DNA of 64,000 bases from Thermoanaerobaculia bacterium. Lineage in GTDB: Bacteria; Acidobacteriota; Thermoanaerobaculia; Multivoradales; JAGPDF01. Location: the NCBI GenBank assembly GCA_963806165.1, contig CAWDWZ010000007.1, positions 1 through 64,000 on the forward strand, written 5' to 3'. Below are positions 24,536 to 34,672 of this stretch, one piece after another; positions within the stretch are counted from its first letter, which is position 1; every line of letters begins with the position of its first letter. Under the pieces are notes generated by a model. The model saw only the letters and a list, made by a program, of their open reading frames with translations, did not search any database and was not told where the DNA came from. Both the position numbers and the translations under genes were made by a program.

Positions 24536-24716
24536 GGTTGCTCTCCTTTCGGGTGAATCGGCCGCCCCCAAATGTCATCCGCCGCCCCCGACGTCGGATT
24601 CATGGGAGCCCATGGGGACCGACTCCATCGCGCCCATCTTGCCGCCGATGCTCCGCCGGGCGAAGTGATCCGATGCGCAGCGGCGCCGGTCGCGCGGCGC
24701 TAGGATCCGGCTCGTC

Positions 24717-26273
24717 GTGAGCGAACCGATTCCGGCCAGTTTCGTCTTCGGGCGCTTTCAATACGACGGCCGCGCGGGGAGGCTCCTGCTCGACGGCCGC
24801 GAGGTTCCGCTGCCGCCGCGCGAGCTCCATCTCCTGGGGATCTTCCTCGAGCGCCCCGCGGAGTGGCTGGGCGAAGAGTGGTTGGCCCACGGACTCTGGC
24901 CGCAGGCGGTGCCCCCCACGGGCGAGCTCGATCGCCTGGTGCGCGAGCTCACGGCCGCCCTCGACCGCGGAGCGGACGGAGTCACGACGATCCAGAGCCT
25001 CAAGAAGCGCGGCTATCGCTGGCTCCTGCCGGTCCGCAGGGTGAGCGTCCCGGCTGCCGAGGCCGGCGCTCCGCCGTCCGATGCGCCGGCGCCCGGGCGG
25101 ACCCCGGCGCGCGCACCGGCGATCGCGGAGGCGCGCAGCGCCCACCGCATGCTGGTCTCGCCCCGCCGGCTGGCGATCGGACTGCTGGCAGTCGGAGCCT
25201 TCGCTGGCGCCCTTTCCTGGATGGTGCGCGCGCAGGCGCGACGCGCCGCGAGCGCCGAAGCGGCAGCCAGGGCCAGTGCTCCCGATCCGGCGGCGCGGCG
25301 CTCCGCGGCGGCGGCGGAGGTGGCCAAGGGAGTCGCCGCCGCGCGCCAGAGCGACCCCGCCTCCCGGCAACTTGCGATGTTGCGCTTCGAGGCCGCCCTG
25401 GAGCTCGATCCGAGCCCTTCGAGTCAGGCGGTCGCGCATGCCGGGCTCGCCGCCACGCTCATCCTCGAGGACGATCTCGCGTCCGCCCGCCGCGAGGCCG
25501 AGGCGGCGGTCGCGCTCGACGGCCAGCTCGCCGATGCGCACGCGGCTCTTGCCATGACGCAGTTGTTTTCCGACCGTGACGCGATCGCCGCGCGAGCTTC
25601 CGCCGAGCGCGCGCTGGCGCTCGACGTCGGGAGCATCGGCGCGCGGCGGGCGCTCGCCTGGGTGAGCGCGGTCGAGGGTCGCTTCGAGACCTCGTTCGCG
25701 CTCCTCCTGCAGGCGCGCTCGCCGACGCTCTTCGATCCCGAGCTCGCGACCGACGAGGGGACGATTCTCTATCTCGCGGGCCGCGCGCTCGAGGCGCGGC
25801 GGCAGCTCAACGAGGTCGTCCTCCGCGAGCCGGCCTGCCGGCGCGCGCACGCCGCTCTGGCCGCGCTCCATCTCACCGAGCGCCGGCTGGGCGCCGCGGC
25901 GGTCGAGCTCGAGCTCCGCGATGCCCTGGGGGAGACGGGCGCCGGCGCGGCGCGCGACGTGGAGCGGATCCGCCAGAGCGCCGGCGGCGCCTGGACGGCG
26001 CCCGACGCGGGCGAGGCGGCGCGGCAGCTCGAGGAGCGCGCCCGGAACGTCCACCTGCACGGGTCGCCCGGCTCGGAGCTCGAAGCGGCGCGGATCTTCG
26101 CGCAGTTCGGCGAGCGCGACCTCGCGCTCGCGGCCCTCGCGCGCGCCCTCGAGCGGCGCGAGAGCGCCGCGGCGCTCGCCCGGATCGATCCCGCCTTCAC
26201 GCCGCTGCGCTCCTGGGCCGCCTTCCGCGACCTCCTGGATCGCGCCGGCGTGCCGGCGCTCGCCAGCCCCTAG
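24717..26273 (+). CDS. CadC/OmpR-type winged-helix transcriptional regulator with TM segment and TPR domain
   Basis: N-terminal trans_reg_C-like (FGRFQYDGRAGRLLLDGREVPLPPRELHLLGIFLERP...SLKKRGYRW), hydrophobic segment, then TPR-like repeats. Confidence 0.65.
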   Translation: MSEPIPASFVFGRFQYDGRAGRLLLDGREVPLPPRELHLLGIFLERPAEWLGEEWLAHGLWPQAVPPTGELDRLVRELTAALDRGADGVTTIQSLKKRGYRWLLPVRRVSVPAAEAGAPPSDAPAPGRTPARAPAIAEARSAHRMLVSPRRLAIGLLAVGAFAGALSWMVRAQARRAASAEAAARASAPDPAARRSAAAAEVAKGVAAARQSDPASRQLAMLRFEAALELDPSPSSQAVAHAGLAATLILEDDLASARREAEAAVALDGQLADAHAALAMTQLFSDRDAIAARASAERALALDVGSIGARRALAWVSAVEGRFETSFALLLQARSPTLFDPELATDEGTILYLAGRALEARRQLNEVVLREPACRRAHAALAALHLTERRLGAAAVELELRDALGETGAGAARDVERIRQSAGGAWTAPDAGEAARQLEERARNVHLHGSPGSELEAARIFAQFGERDLALAALARALERRESAAALARIDPAFTPLRSWAAFRDLLDRAGVPALASP

Positions 26274-26677
26274 CTAGCGCGGCTTCTTGACGGTCCGACG
26301 CGGTTTGAGAGAGGCTGGGGCAGCGGCCGGTGGGTCCCCTTGGGAGCGCTGCCGTAGGGGGCTTCGGGTTCGCGGACCAGGGCGGCGAGCGAGTCGGGCG
26401 CGAGACCGCGGCGGAGCTCCTCGTGGACGCGCTCGGCGAGGTAGACCTTGAGCAGTGACTGGTAAGGAACGTCCATTCGGTTGGCCAGCACCTTGAGATC
26501 GGCGAGCAGCGTCTCGGGGAGACGCAACGAGATCGTCTCCGTCGAGGGTCGTAGGTTCGGGAAGGTGACTCTCCGCGCCCGCGACCAGTCGACGTAGTCC
26601 GTCGAGTCGTGCGTCGCCCAGAACTCGCGCTCCTCCTGCTCGCTACGAAAGGCCGGAACCGCCGGGCGGACCTTCAT
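26270..26677 (-). CDS. brnA: BrnA-like antitoxin (CopG/RHH, DUF4415 type)
   Basis: SEQEEREFWATHDSTDYVDWSRARRVTFPNLRPSTETISLRLPETLLADLKVLANRMDVPYQSLLKVYL. In-frame ORF extends to 26704. Confidence 0.6.
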   Translation of the reverse strand: MKVRPAVPAFRSEQEEREFWATHDSTDYVDWSRARRVTFPNLRPSTETISLRLPETLLADLKVLANRMDVPYQSLLKVYLAERVHEELRRGLAPDSLAALVREPEAPYGSAPKGTHRPLPQPLSNRVGPSRSRAS

Positions 26678-26990
26678 GCTCTTCCTCCTCGCGCGCTCTG
26701 TCATAGATGCTGCGCTCCTTTCGGCTCATGTCGCGTGCCGAGATCACCCGCAGCCGCTTGCCCCGGATCGTGAGAACGACCAGAAGTCGCCGCCCGGCCC
26801 GTGTCTGCCCGAGGGCGAGAAGTCGGGGCTCGTTCTGCGAGTGGACGAGATCCTCGGACAGGAGTAAAGGTCGCTCACCGAAGAGCTCTTCGCACTCACT
26901 CCTGCGCACTCCGTGGCGCCGCCAGATCTTCTCCGAGTTGCCTCGCGTCCCACTCGAACTCGACAACGTCGGGGAACGGACGCTCACCGC
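26643..26990 (-). pseudogene. brnT: BrnT-like (DUF497) toxin, frameshifted between the FEWD motif and the rest
   Basis: One frame gives ...VVEFEWDARQ..., another gives ...SEKIWRRHGVRRSECEELFGERPLLLSEDLVHSQNEPRLLALGQTRAGRRLLVVLTIRGKRLRVISARDMSRKERSIYD. Confidence 0.5.
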
Positions 26991-27001
26991 CGCGCACCGA
27001 G

Positions 27002-27640
27002 TCAGTATATGGGAGACATATACGTCCTGTCTAGGTTGCCCAGATCGGTGAATTGGGGCTCCTTGCCAGCGCGCCTCGTTTCGGGGCCGCAGCCCGCGCG
27101 GCTCAGTCGGTGCCCGGCGGCTTCGGCGCGGGTCGCGGGTGTCGCCTCGGGCGCGCTCTCCTTGGGCGGCGTGATCATGATGTGCGCGCCGGCGGTGCCG
27201 GGGAACATGAGCCAGGGGCCGCCCGGGCCCGGGGGCGAGAGCGGCAGGCCGGTCGTCTCCTGGGTGGCGTACGGCATGTAGACGACGTAGCGCAGGTAGG
27301 GGTCGACCACTTTGCCGCTCGCCGGGTCGAAGCGCGTGCCGGTCAGGACGTAGAGGGTCGCCGGAGTCTTGGGCATCGCGAGCGTGCCGGCGTCCGCCTC
27401 GCTCCAGCGGCGCTTCATGCGCTCCTCGCCGGTGACGTCCGCGGCGTCGAGCTCGCGGCCGCGGCGCATGAACGGCTCGAGCGACTTGTGGTAGCAGGCG
27501 ACACTGAACTTGTCGTCGCCCGGCTGGTCGGCGAGGCAGACGAGATCGTTGCTGCCGGCACGCAGGACGACGACCGCGCTCTTGCCCCCCGCGGCGGCAT
27601 AGCCCAGGACCTCGGCGCCGGCGCGCCGATCCTCCGGCGC
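27002..27640 (-). CDS. Hypothetical protein (start uncertain)
   Basis: Codon-usage-consistent ORF. The upstream part of the ORF call is low-complexity and probably not coding. Confidence 0.3.
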   Translation of the reverse strand, partial: APEDRRAGAEVLGYAAAGGKSAVVVLRAGSNDLVCLADQPGDDKFSVACYHKSLEPFMRRGRELDAADVTGEERMKRRWSEADAGTLAMPKTPATLYVLTGTRFDPASGKVVDPYLRYVVYMPYATQETTGLPLSPPGPGGPWLMFPGTAGAHIMITPPKESAPEATPATRAEAAGHRLSRAGCGPETRRAGKEPQFTDLGNLDRTYMSPIY

Positions 27641-27934
27641 CGCCTGGAGCGCGGCGGCGATCTGCTCGGCGGCCGGGGGGGGAGGCTCGGTACCGCTGCC
27701 GGCTCCGGTACCGGCTCCGCGGCGCGGATACGCCCGCCGCGAACACCAATCCGCAACCGATGCCGAGCCTGAATCCAATCGTCGCGAGTACGTTGCCAAC
27801 AGTTCATCTACGAGCCCCCTCGCAACGGCGCCCTCTGTTTCTGCGCCCGGCTGCCGATCCTAACGGAGACTCCTGCTCCCGCATTGTGGAAAGATAGGAA
27901 AGTCCCGACCTCGAGGTTCCGCGAGGAGATGCCG

Positions 27935-28429
27935 ATGGCGAGCGTGCAGAAACCGTCGATTCAAGAGCTCTATCCCGCCGATTTCGCGCACTGTTACGGC
28001 TGCGGCAGGCTCAACGCCCATGGGCTTCACCTCGAGAGCGCGTGGGAGGGCGAGGAGGTCGTCGCGCGCTTCACGCCGCAGCCGCAGCACATCTCGGTGC
28101 CCGGCTATCGTTTACGGCGGCCTGATCGCGTCGCTCATCGACTGCCACGCCATGGCGACCGCGGCGGCCTCCGCCGAGCGCCTCGCTGGTCGTCCTCGGC
28201 CGTGGTCGGGACCGGCGCGATGCCGCGCTACGTCACGGCGGCGCTGCGCGTCGACTATCTCCTCCCCACGCCGCTCGGCCCGGAGCTCGTCGTGCGCGGC
28301 CGGGTGCGCGAGACCGGACGCCGGAAGATCGTCGTCGAAGTCACCGTCTCGGCCGCCGGCCGGGAGACCGCGCGCGGCGAGGTCGTGGCCGTCCCGATTC
28401 CCGAGGCGATGGTGGTCAGCGCTTCGTGA
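27935..28429 (+). pseudogene. PaaI-family (hotdog) thioesterase with two closely spaced frameshifts (~28110 and ~28200)
   Basis: Frame 1: MASVQKPSIQELYPADFAHCYGCGRLNAHGLHLES... Middle in another frame: AIVYGGLIASLIDCHAMATAAASAERLAG. Frame 1 resumes: YVTAALRVDYLLPTPLGPELVVRGRVRETGRRKIVVEV. Confidence 0.55.
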
Positions 28430-29291
28430 TGTCGATGCCGCCGCCGCTCGAGCGCAGCTTGAGGAGCGCTCCGCCGCCGTTCAGAGTTCCGCGCACGTCG
28501 TCGCGCCCGACGCGGCCGTGCACCGTGAGCGGCAGATCGCAGTCGACCGAGCCGCCGGAGGAGCTGGCGTCGATCTCCAGCCCGACCGCCGGATCGAGGC
28601 GTGCTTCGACGCCGCCGCCGGAGGAGTCGAGGCTGCCGCCGTGGGCGTTGCCGGCCGCGAAGGAGACGCTCACCGCTCCGCCGGAGCTCCCGGCGACGAC
28701 CGCGCCGTGGGCCTCGCGGATCTCGACGCCGCCGCCGCTGCTCGAGGCGTCGAGGTCGCCGGCCACGTTCTCGGCAGCGATCGAGCCGCCGCTGCTCGAG
28801 AGCTTCGCGGCGCCGCCGAGCGCCGACACCTGCACGCCGCCGCCGGAGCTCTCGGCATCGACTTTCCCGGCGAGATTCGCGATGTCGATGCCCCCGCCCG
28901 AGCTCTCCACCTCCGTGCCGGCGCTCCGGGGGAGCGTGACCTCGACCTGCGTGTGGTCGTCATGGATCCCGAACCAGCTCGCGGGCCCGTGCGACTTGCG
29001 CTCGAGCACCATCTCGACCCGGTCCGGCCGCGGGGTCTCGAAGCGCACCGTGAAGACGTCCGCGAAATCCTGGCGCTTCGACGTCACCGTGATCACTGCT
29101 TCGCTGCCTTCGCCGCCGCGGATCTTGACGCCCCCCGCTTCCGAGCGCACGGAGAAGGTCCCGCCGGCCGCGAGCGGCAGCCGCTTCTCGAGCCGATAGT
29201 CCGCCCCCCAGGCGGCCGACGGAGCGCCCGCGGCCCAGCCAGCGCCTGCGGCCAACATCAGGAATGCCCAACCGATTCTCTTCGAGTGCAT
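28416..29291 (-). CDS. DUF4097-family putative adhesin (beta-helix-like repeats), secreted
   Basis: Signal peptide MHSKRIGWAFLMLAAGAGWAAG. Repeated SSGGG(I/V)xI units. Confidence 0.6.
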   Translation of the reverse strand: MHSKRIGWAFLMLAAGAGWAAGAPSAAWGADYRLEKRLPLAAGGTFSVRSEAGGVKIRGGEGSEAVITVTSKRQDFADVFTVRFETPRPDRVEMVLERKSHGPASWFGIHDDHTQVEVTLPRSAGTEVESSGGGIDIANLAGKVDAESSGGGVQVSALGGAAKLSSSGGSIAAENVAGDLDASSSGGGVEIREAHGAVVAGSSGGAVSVSFAAGNAHGGSLDSSGGGVEARLDPAVGLEIDASSSGGSVDCDLPLTVHGRVGRDDVRGTLNGGGALLKLRSSGGGIDITKR

Positions 29292-29394
29292 GAACAGTTC
29301 CTCCTGGGAGTACAACGGATCGGAACCTCCGAGGTTTCGCCGGCCGGGACGATCTTTCCCCTGCGACCCGCGTATTCTTCCCCAGGAGGGAACG

Positions 29395-30786
29395 ATGTCC
29401 AGGGAGCCGGAGCCGGGGCTGTGCGATGCGGCGAGCGCGGGACAGCTCTCCGCCGAGGAGCGTTGCGAGCTCCTGCTCGAGATCGCGCGCCGCAGCCGGG
29501 GCACGCTCGACCTCGCCCAGATCCTCGACCGTCTGCTCGACGCGGTCGGGACCGTGGTCGACTACGACGCCGCCGGCATCTTCGCCCTCTCCGAGATCCT
29601 GGAGCAGGGAGCCGCGCCGTGGATGGGGAAGATCACCGGCGTGGCGCGGCGCGGCTATCTCGAGCGGCCGGTGGCCGACGACCGCATGCTCGCCGGCGCC
29701 GAGGGCCTGGTCGGCCACGCCATTCGCAGCGGGGAGAGCCTGCTGGTGAGCGACGTGCGGCGCGATCCGCGCTACGTCGTCGGGCGGCGGGAGACGCTGT
29801 CGGAGATGGTCGTTCCGATCCGCGTCGACGGGCGCGCGATTGCCGCGCTCGACGTCGAGAGCGACCAGGCGGCGGCGTTCGACAGCTGCGACCTCGAACG
29901 GCTCGAGTTCTTCGCCGCGGCGGCGGCGATGGCGATCGAAAAGGCGATGCTGCACCGGCACCTGGTCGAGCTCGAGCAGATCGGCGCGCAGCTGCGCATC
30001 GCGCGCGAAGTCCAGCTCGGGCTCTTGCCGCGCACTGCGCCGGAGCTGCCGGGCTGGGAGATCGCCGGGCTCTGCCGGCCGAGCCTCGAGCTCGGCGGCG
30101 ATCTCTACGACGACTTCCCGCTCGCCGGCGGGCGCCACGGCCTGGTGATCGGCGACGTCGCCGGCAAGGGAGTGCCCGCGGCGCTGATCATGGCGACCTT
30201 CCGCGCCCTGCTGCGCGCCCGGCGCGACTCCCCTCTGACGGCTCCGGCGGCCGGGGGGACCGCCCCGGACGAAAGGCAGAGCGCCGGTCCGGCGGCGACC
30301 GTGGCGGCGGTGAGCAGACTTCTGCGCGAGTCGACGGCGACGCGCGGCTTCGTCACCTGCTGCTACGCGGCGCTCGATCCGGCGAGCGGTGAGATGGTCT
30401 ACGCGAGTTGCGGCCATCCGCCCGGACTCCTGGTGCGGCGCGGGGGTGAGCGCAGGTTTGAGCGCAGGTATGACATCGAGGAGCTCGACAACTGCGGTCC
30501 GGCGCTCGGCGCCTTCGAGCACGAGGAGTTCGTCGAGCGCCGAGTGGCCTTGGCTCCGGGGGACTGGCTGCTGCTTTATACCGACGGACTGACCGAGGCG
30601 TTGAATCCGGCCGGCGAGGCGTTCGGGAGCGAGCGCGCGCGCGCGGTGCTGGTCGAGCTCGTCGCGCGCCGGGCGCTCTCCGCGCCGCAGCTCGCCGAGG
30701 AGCTCGTCCGCCGCGTCGCCGATTTCGTCGCCGCCTCGCACTTTGCCGACGACCTGACGCTCGTCGTCGTGCACCGCCTGCCGTAA
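29395..30786 (+). CDS. GAF domain + PP2C/SpoIIE-type serine phosphatase (RsbU-like)
   Basis: GAF region (LDLAQILDRLLDAV...), PP2C region (GGDLYDDFPL...LVIGDVAGKGVPAALIMATFRALL, ...CGHPPGLLVRR..., LLLYTDGLTEALN). Confidence 0.75.
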   Translation: MSREPEPGLCDAASAGQLSAEERCELLLEIARRSRGTLDLAQILDRLLDAVGTVVDYDAAGIFALSEILEQGAAPWMGKITGVARRGYLERPVADDRMLAGAEGLVGHAIRSGESLLVSDVRRDPRYVVGRRETLSEMVVPIRVDGRAIAALDVESDQAAAFDSCDLERLEFFAAAAAMAIEKAMLHRHLVELEQIGAQLRIAREVQLGLLPRTAPELPGWEIAGLCRPSLELGGDLYDDFPLAGGRHGLVIGDVAGKGVPAALIMATFRALLRARRDSPLTAPAAGGTAPDERQSAGPAATVAAVSRLLRESTATRGFVTCCYAALDPASGEMVYASCGHPPGLLVRRGGERRFERRYDIEELDNCGPALGAFEHEEFVERRVALAPGDWLLLYTDGLTEALNPAGEAFGSERARAVLVELVARRALSAPQLAEELVRRVADFVAASHFADDLTLVVVHRLP

Positions 30787-30797
30787 TCTTCCCGCAG

Positions 30798-30866
30798 GAG
30801 GGGACACAATGCGCGGGCCAGCTTTAACGCGGCTCGCAGATCGGGTCGCCCGCGAATTGTGTCCCC
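30798..30866. repeat. Family-A palindromic repeat
   Basis: ggggacacaatgcgcggg-N30-cccgcgaattgtgtcccc. Confidence 0.7.
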
Positions 30867-30876
30867 GGTGTCGTCT

Positions 30877-32247
30877 TCAGGTTTGTCGGCGGCGCATCCG
30901 CGTAAGGGCCGCGGCACCCAATCCGCCCGCCAGAAGCACCAGGCCCAACGGCCCCAGGGCTGGCACCTCGACGGCCGAGCCGCCCGCGGTCTCGTAAGCG
31001 CCGATATCCACCGCCGTCCCCTGGATGCGCGCGACACCGTCCAGGTCGCCCGCGATGTCGCCGGGGACCTGCGCGCTGTTGCCGGCGTTTCTCGCCGGGC
31101 TGCTCAACTGCAGATGAAAGTCGTTCGCACCCACGAACCGCGGATCGGTGAACAGGGTGCCCGGTCCGGCGATGAAGTTCTCGCTGCCGTTGCCAAAGAC
31201 GAGATTGTGGTCGTTGGTGAAGGTGGCCTCGAAGCCGGGCTCGACGGAGATGCCGACGTTGGTGTTACCGGCGACGATGTTGTTCGCCAGGACGCCGGTG
31301 ACTGTCGCTCCGAGGTCGCCCCGTGCGCTCTCCGTGATGCCGTCCGCGCCGTTGGCGATCGTGTTGTTGACGACGGTGAAGGTGCCGTCGCCCTGGCTGA
31401 CGTTGAGCGCGATGCCTCCCGGCTGTCCGGCGACGCTGATCTGCCCGCCGCGCAGGAGGTTGTTGACGACCCGTGCCGTGAGCGACCCGCCAGGCGCGAA
31501 CTGAAAGACGAAGATGCCGTTGTTGAAACCCTGACCGCTGATGTCGTTGGCCAGGAGGTCGACGCTCAGGACGTGGATGCCGTTGAAGGCCCCGATCACC
31601 GCGTTCTGGGTCGATTCACCGGTCTGGACGATCACGTTGCCGGCGACCCGGCCGCTGGCGTCGCTCTCGAAGGCGCCGACCGAGATCGCGCCGATCTGGT
31701 CGCCGGCGCTGAAGCCGTCCACCGTGATCCGGTTGTCGGAGACGTCGAAAGTCACTGGACCGTAGGGCGGTTGGGTGTTGCCGCTGTAGATCTCGACCGC
31801 CGTGCCGAAGCTGAAGGTGTCGAGGATGACGTTGTTGCGAAAGGTGACATCGAAGGCGCCCACGCCGCCCTGCACTCCGAGGAAGCGGCCGTTGGCGATC
31901 GTCAATCCCTCCACCACGATCGTGGCCGGCGCGGCGCCGCCGAAGGCGAAGATGCTGTTGGGCGAGATGAAGACGGGCGTGAAGCCGGCCGCGGCACGCA
32001 GCGTGAGGCTCTTGTCGTCGATCTGCGGCGTTTCGTCGATCGGACCGTCGGTGGCGATCTCGACGATGTCGCCGGCGGCAGCGGCGTCGATGCAGGCCTG
32101 CAGCGTCCCGGCGCAGCCCGCCGAGGGCCAGGTGGCGGCGGAGAGCGGGCAAGCGGCGACCGCCGCGACCAGCACCGCGAGGCAGAGTCGAGTTCTTGCG
32201 TCGAGCGCTGCCTTCGCCTTCGTCGTGAATTCGTTCCACTTTCTCAT
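30877..32247 (-). CDS. Right-handed parallel beta-helix repeat protein with a PEP-CTERM-like tail (VPALGPLGLVLLAGGLGAAALTRMRRRQT)
   Basis: Signal peptide. Repeated NN(V/I)(I/V)xxN beta-helix rungs. C-terminus has a TM helix plus an Arg cluster. Confidence 0.65.
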   Translation of the reverse strand: MRKWNEFTTKAKAALDARTRLCLAVLVAAVAACPLSAATWPSAGCAGTLQACIDAAAAGDIVEIATDGPIDETPQIDDKSLTLRAAAGFTPVFISPNSIFAFGGAAPATIVVEGLTIANGRFLGVQGGVGAFDVTFRNNVILDTFSFGTAVEIYSGNTQPPYGPVTFDVSDNRITVDGFSAGDQIGAISVGAFESDASGRVAGNVIVQTGESTQNAVIGAFNGIHVLSVDLLANDISGQGFNNGIFVFQFAPGGSLTARVVNNLLRGGQISVAGQPGGIALNVSQGDGTFTVVNNTIANGADGITESARGDLGATVTGVLANNIVAGNTNVGISVEPGFEATFTNDHNLVFGNGSENFIAGPGTLFTDPRFVGANDFHLQLSSPARNAGNSAQVPGDIAGDLDGVARIQGTAVDIGAYETAGGSAVEVPALGPLGLVLLAGGLGAAALTRMRRRQT

Positions 32248-32262
32248 GTCCGGAGCCCTCTC

Positions 32263-33030
32263 TCAGTTTCTAGCGACGCGACAGTATAGCCGGACCGTCC
32301 GCTTCAACCTCTCCGGCAGCACCGCCAGCACCTCCGGATCGAGGCCGAGCGCCCAGTGGCAGGAGGTCGCTTCGAGGTTGCTGGCGCCGGGGGTCGTGCT
32401 GTCGACGGCGGCCTGCCAGGCGACGATGCCGTCACGGCGGCTCCAGATCGCGGTCACCGGAACTCGGATCGGGATCTCGTTCGCGGCGCCGACGAGGCGG
32501 TCGATCTCCTCGATATCCCAACCCTGGATGCGGTAGAAGCCGGCGATCGCGGTATGGCGGAGACCGCCGACGACCGGACTGCCGAGCGTGACGACCGCCC
32601 GCACGAGGTCGGGGCGCAAGCGCGCGAGCTCGCGCGCCAGCACGCCGCCAAGGCTCCAGCCGACGAGCGCGACCGGCGACCGCGTCTCAAGGACGAGCGC
32701 TTCGAGGCGCGGCAGGAGGCGCGCGAGCGTCGCCGCGGCGTCGGGCGGATTGCGGCCCAGCCCCCAGCCGCGCGCGTCGAAGCCGTGCCGGCGGAGATAG
32801 CGGCGGAGCGGGCGCGTCGAGAAGTCGCCGACCCCCATGCCCGGAAAGACGAGCACCAGCTCGCCCTCGCCGCGCGGCGCGGCGGCCACCTCGCCGCGGA
32901 GGCGAGGGTCGAATCGCCGCCAGAGCTCGCGGAAGATCAAGAGTTGCAGGACGAGCGCGCCCAAGAGCGTCGGCGGTCGCGCCGGGAGCGCCGGCGCGGG
33001 GGTGCCGGCGGGCCAGAGCGCAAGGGGCAT
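32263..33030 (-). CDS. Alpha/beta hydrolase (lipase/esterase-like, GWSLGG nucleophile elbow)
   Basis: LVGWSLGGVLARELA motif. Clean ORF. Confidence 0.6.
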   Translation of the reverse strand: MPLALWPAGTPAPALPARPPTLLGALVLQLLIFRELWRRFDPRLRGEVAAAPRGEGELVLVFPGMGVGDFSTRPLRRYLRRHGFDARGWGLGRNPPDAAATLARLLPRLEALVLETRSPVALVGWSLGGVLARELARLRPDLVRAVVTLGSPVVGGLRHTAIAGFYRIQGWDIEEIDRLVGAANEIPIRVPVTAIWSRRDGIVAWQAAVDSTTPGASNLEATSCHWALGLDPEVLAVLPERLKRTVRLYCRVARN

Positions 33031-33054
33031 CGCGCTCAGGCTAACAGGGGACGA

Positions 33055-33178
33055 GCGGGAGGGGACACATCGCGCGGGGCCTCGCCGTCAAGGTGTCCCT
33101 CCAAGGTGTCCCTCCAAGGTGTCCCTCCAACGTGTCCCTCCAAGGTGTCCCTCCAACGTGTCCCTCCAACGTGTCCCC
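33055..33178. repeat. Family-A repeat whose right arm is tandemly amplified (13-mer aaggtgtccctcc x ~7, 33089-33178)
   Basis: Left arm ggggacacatcgcgcgggg, then aaggtgtccctcc / aacgtgtccctcc units ending ...gtgtcccc. Confidence 0.7.
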
Positions 33179-33190
33179 GGTGCTGGCGGC

Positions 33191-34672
33191 CTAGCCGGTC
33201 TTCATCTTGGCGCGCAGCAGGGCGAAGTTCAGGTTGGTGAGGGTGTTGTCGTTGCGGGCGCCGTCGGCGAGCTCCTTGGCTTGCGCGCTATCACCTTTGC
33301 CGGCGTGAGCCTGGGAGAGGTAGTAGCGATTGAAGGGGTTGAGGAGGTTGGCCTGGCCGAGCTCGGCGATCGCCGCGTCCCACTTCTTCTCGGCGAGCGC
33401 GAGGCGGCCGGCGATCTCGTGCGCCAGGCGCTGCTGGAACGGACTGCCCGAGGTCGCGACCGCTTTGGTGAGCGCCGCGGATTCCTTGTTTGCGGCGGCC
33501 AAGTCCGCCTTGGCGAGCGCGACCTTGGCGCGGTTGTAGGTCGCGAGGCGGCGTTGGTTCGCCTTGTTGGCCTCGGCCACGTTGGGTGCCGCTTCGACCG
33601 AGTCGCTGGCCTTGCGGTAATGGCCCTCGGCGGCCGCGGCGTCACCCGAGGCGAGCGCGATGTCGCCCATCGCGACCTCGTCGCCGGCCATGCCGAGGAC
33701 GTCCTTCGTCTTCTCGGCCAGGTCGAGCTGCTTCGCCATCTCGGCCTGGGCGGCCGGGAAGTTGCCCTCGAAGGCGTAGGAGACCGTCTTCGCGAACAGG
33801 CCGGCGCGGCGTTGGCCGTCGTCTTCGGCCTTGGCGAGCGTCGCGTCGAGCTCGGCGCGCGCCGCGGCGCCCTTGCCCTCGAGATCGAGGCAGGTGGCGA
33901 TGCCGTAGCTCGAGTTGAAGAAGTCGGGGCGCACCGCGAGCGCCTTGCGGTAGTGGGCGATCGCCTCGTCGAAGCGTCCGAGCTTGAGGAGCAGCTCGGC
34001 GTAGGAGTCGTACGGATTGGGGTCGTCGGGCAGGACCTCGGTGTACTTCTTGAACGCCGCTTCGGACTTCGCCATGTCGCCGAGGAAGCGGTAGCTGTAG
34101 CCCATCTGGTTGTAGATCTGCGAGAAGTCGGGCGCAATCTTGACGGCGCGCTCGTAAAGAGCGATCGCTTCCCGGTAGCGCTGGGCCCCGAAGTGGGCGC
34201 CGCCGAGCAGCACCAGGGCGCGTTCGTCGGCGGGGTACTTCTGCACCAGCTCGTCGTAGAACTTGACCTGCGCCGCGATGTCGCCATGCCCGCCGGCGTC
34301 GGCTCCGAGAATCATCAACCGTTCGCCGTCCGAGACCTTGCCGGAAAGGCTCGCGGCTTTGCCGAGCTTGGCGAAGAACTCCTTGGCGCTCGCCTGAGCG
34401 TTGGCGAGGCCGAGCCAGCCGAGGGCGAAATTGGGGTCCGCCGCGATCGCCTTCTCGAAGAAGGGGCGCGACTCCTGGACGCGCAGGCGCTCGGCGAGGT
34501 CGCGCCCTTGGAGGTAGGCGGCGCGCGCCTCGGGCGAGGCGGTGGTGATCGGGACCTTGCCATCGGTCGCGGCTTTTTCGGCGCCCGCGGCACGGGCCGA
34601 GGAAGCCGACAGCACGGGGACGGCGAGCGCGAGGGCCAAGACAAATCCTGTGAGCCTGCGTTGGGGGGTCAT
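33191..34672 (-). CDS. Secreted TPR-repeat protein
   Basis: Signal peptide MTPQRRLTGFVLALALAVPVLSASSARA, then many TPR-like helices (AIALYERAVKIAPDFSQIYNQMGYSYRFLGD...). Confidence 0.65.
   Translation of the reverse strand: MTPQRRLTGFVLALALAVPVLSASSARAAGAEKAATDGKVPITTASPEARAAYLQGRDLAERLRVQESRPFFEKAIAADPNFALGWLGLANAQASAKEFFAKLGKAASLSGKVSDGERLMILGADAGGHGDIAAQVKFYDELVQKYPADERALVLLGGAHFGAQRYREAIALYERAVKIAPDFSQIYNQMGYSYRFLGDMAKSEAAFKKYTEVLPDDPNPYDSYAELLLKLGRFDEAIAHYRKALAVRPDFFNSSYGIATCLDLEGKGAAARAELDATLAKAEDDGQRRAGLFAKTVSYAFEGNFPAAQAEMAKQLDLAEKTKDVLGMAGDEVAMGDIALASGDAAAAEGHYRKASDSVEAAPNVAEANKANQRRLATYNRAKVALAKADLAAANKESAALTKAVATSGSPFQQRLAHEIAGRLALAEKKWDAAIAELGQANLLNPFNRYYLSQAHAGKGDSAQAKELADGARNDNTLTNLNFALLRAKMKTG

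Noticed and set aside
26643-27749. 368-aa minus ORF spanning BrnT and the upstream gene as one protein
   Set aside because: It is a read-through fusion across a frameshifted BrnT and a neighbouring gene. Motif analysis shows two separate proteins.
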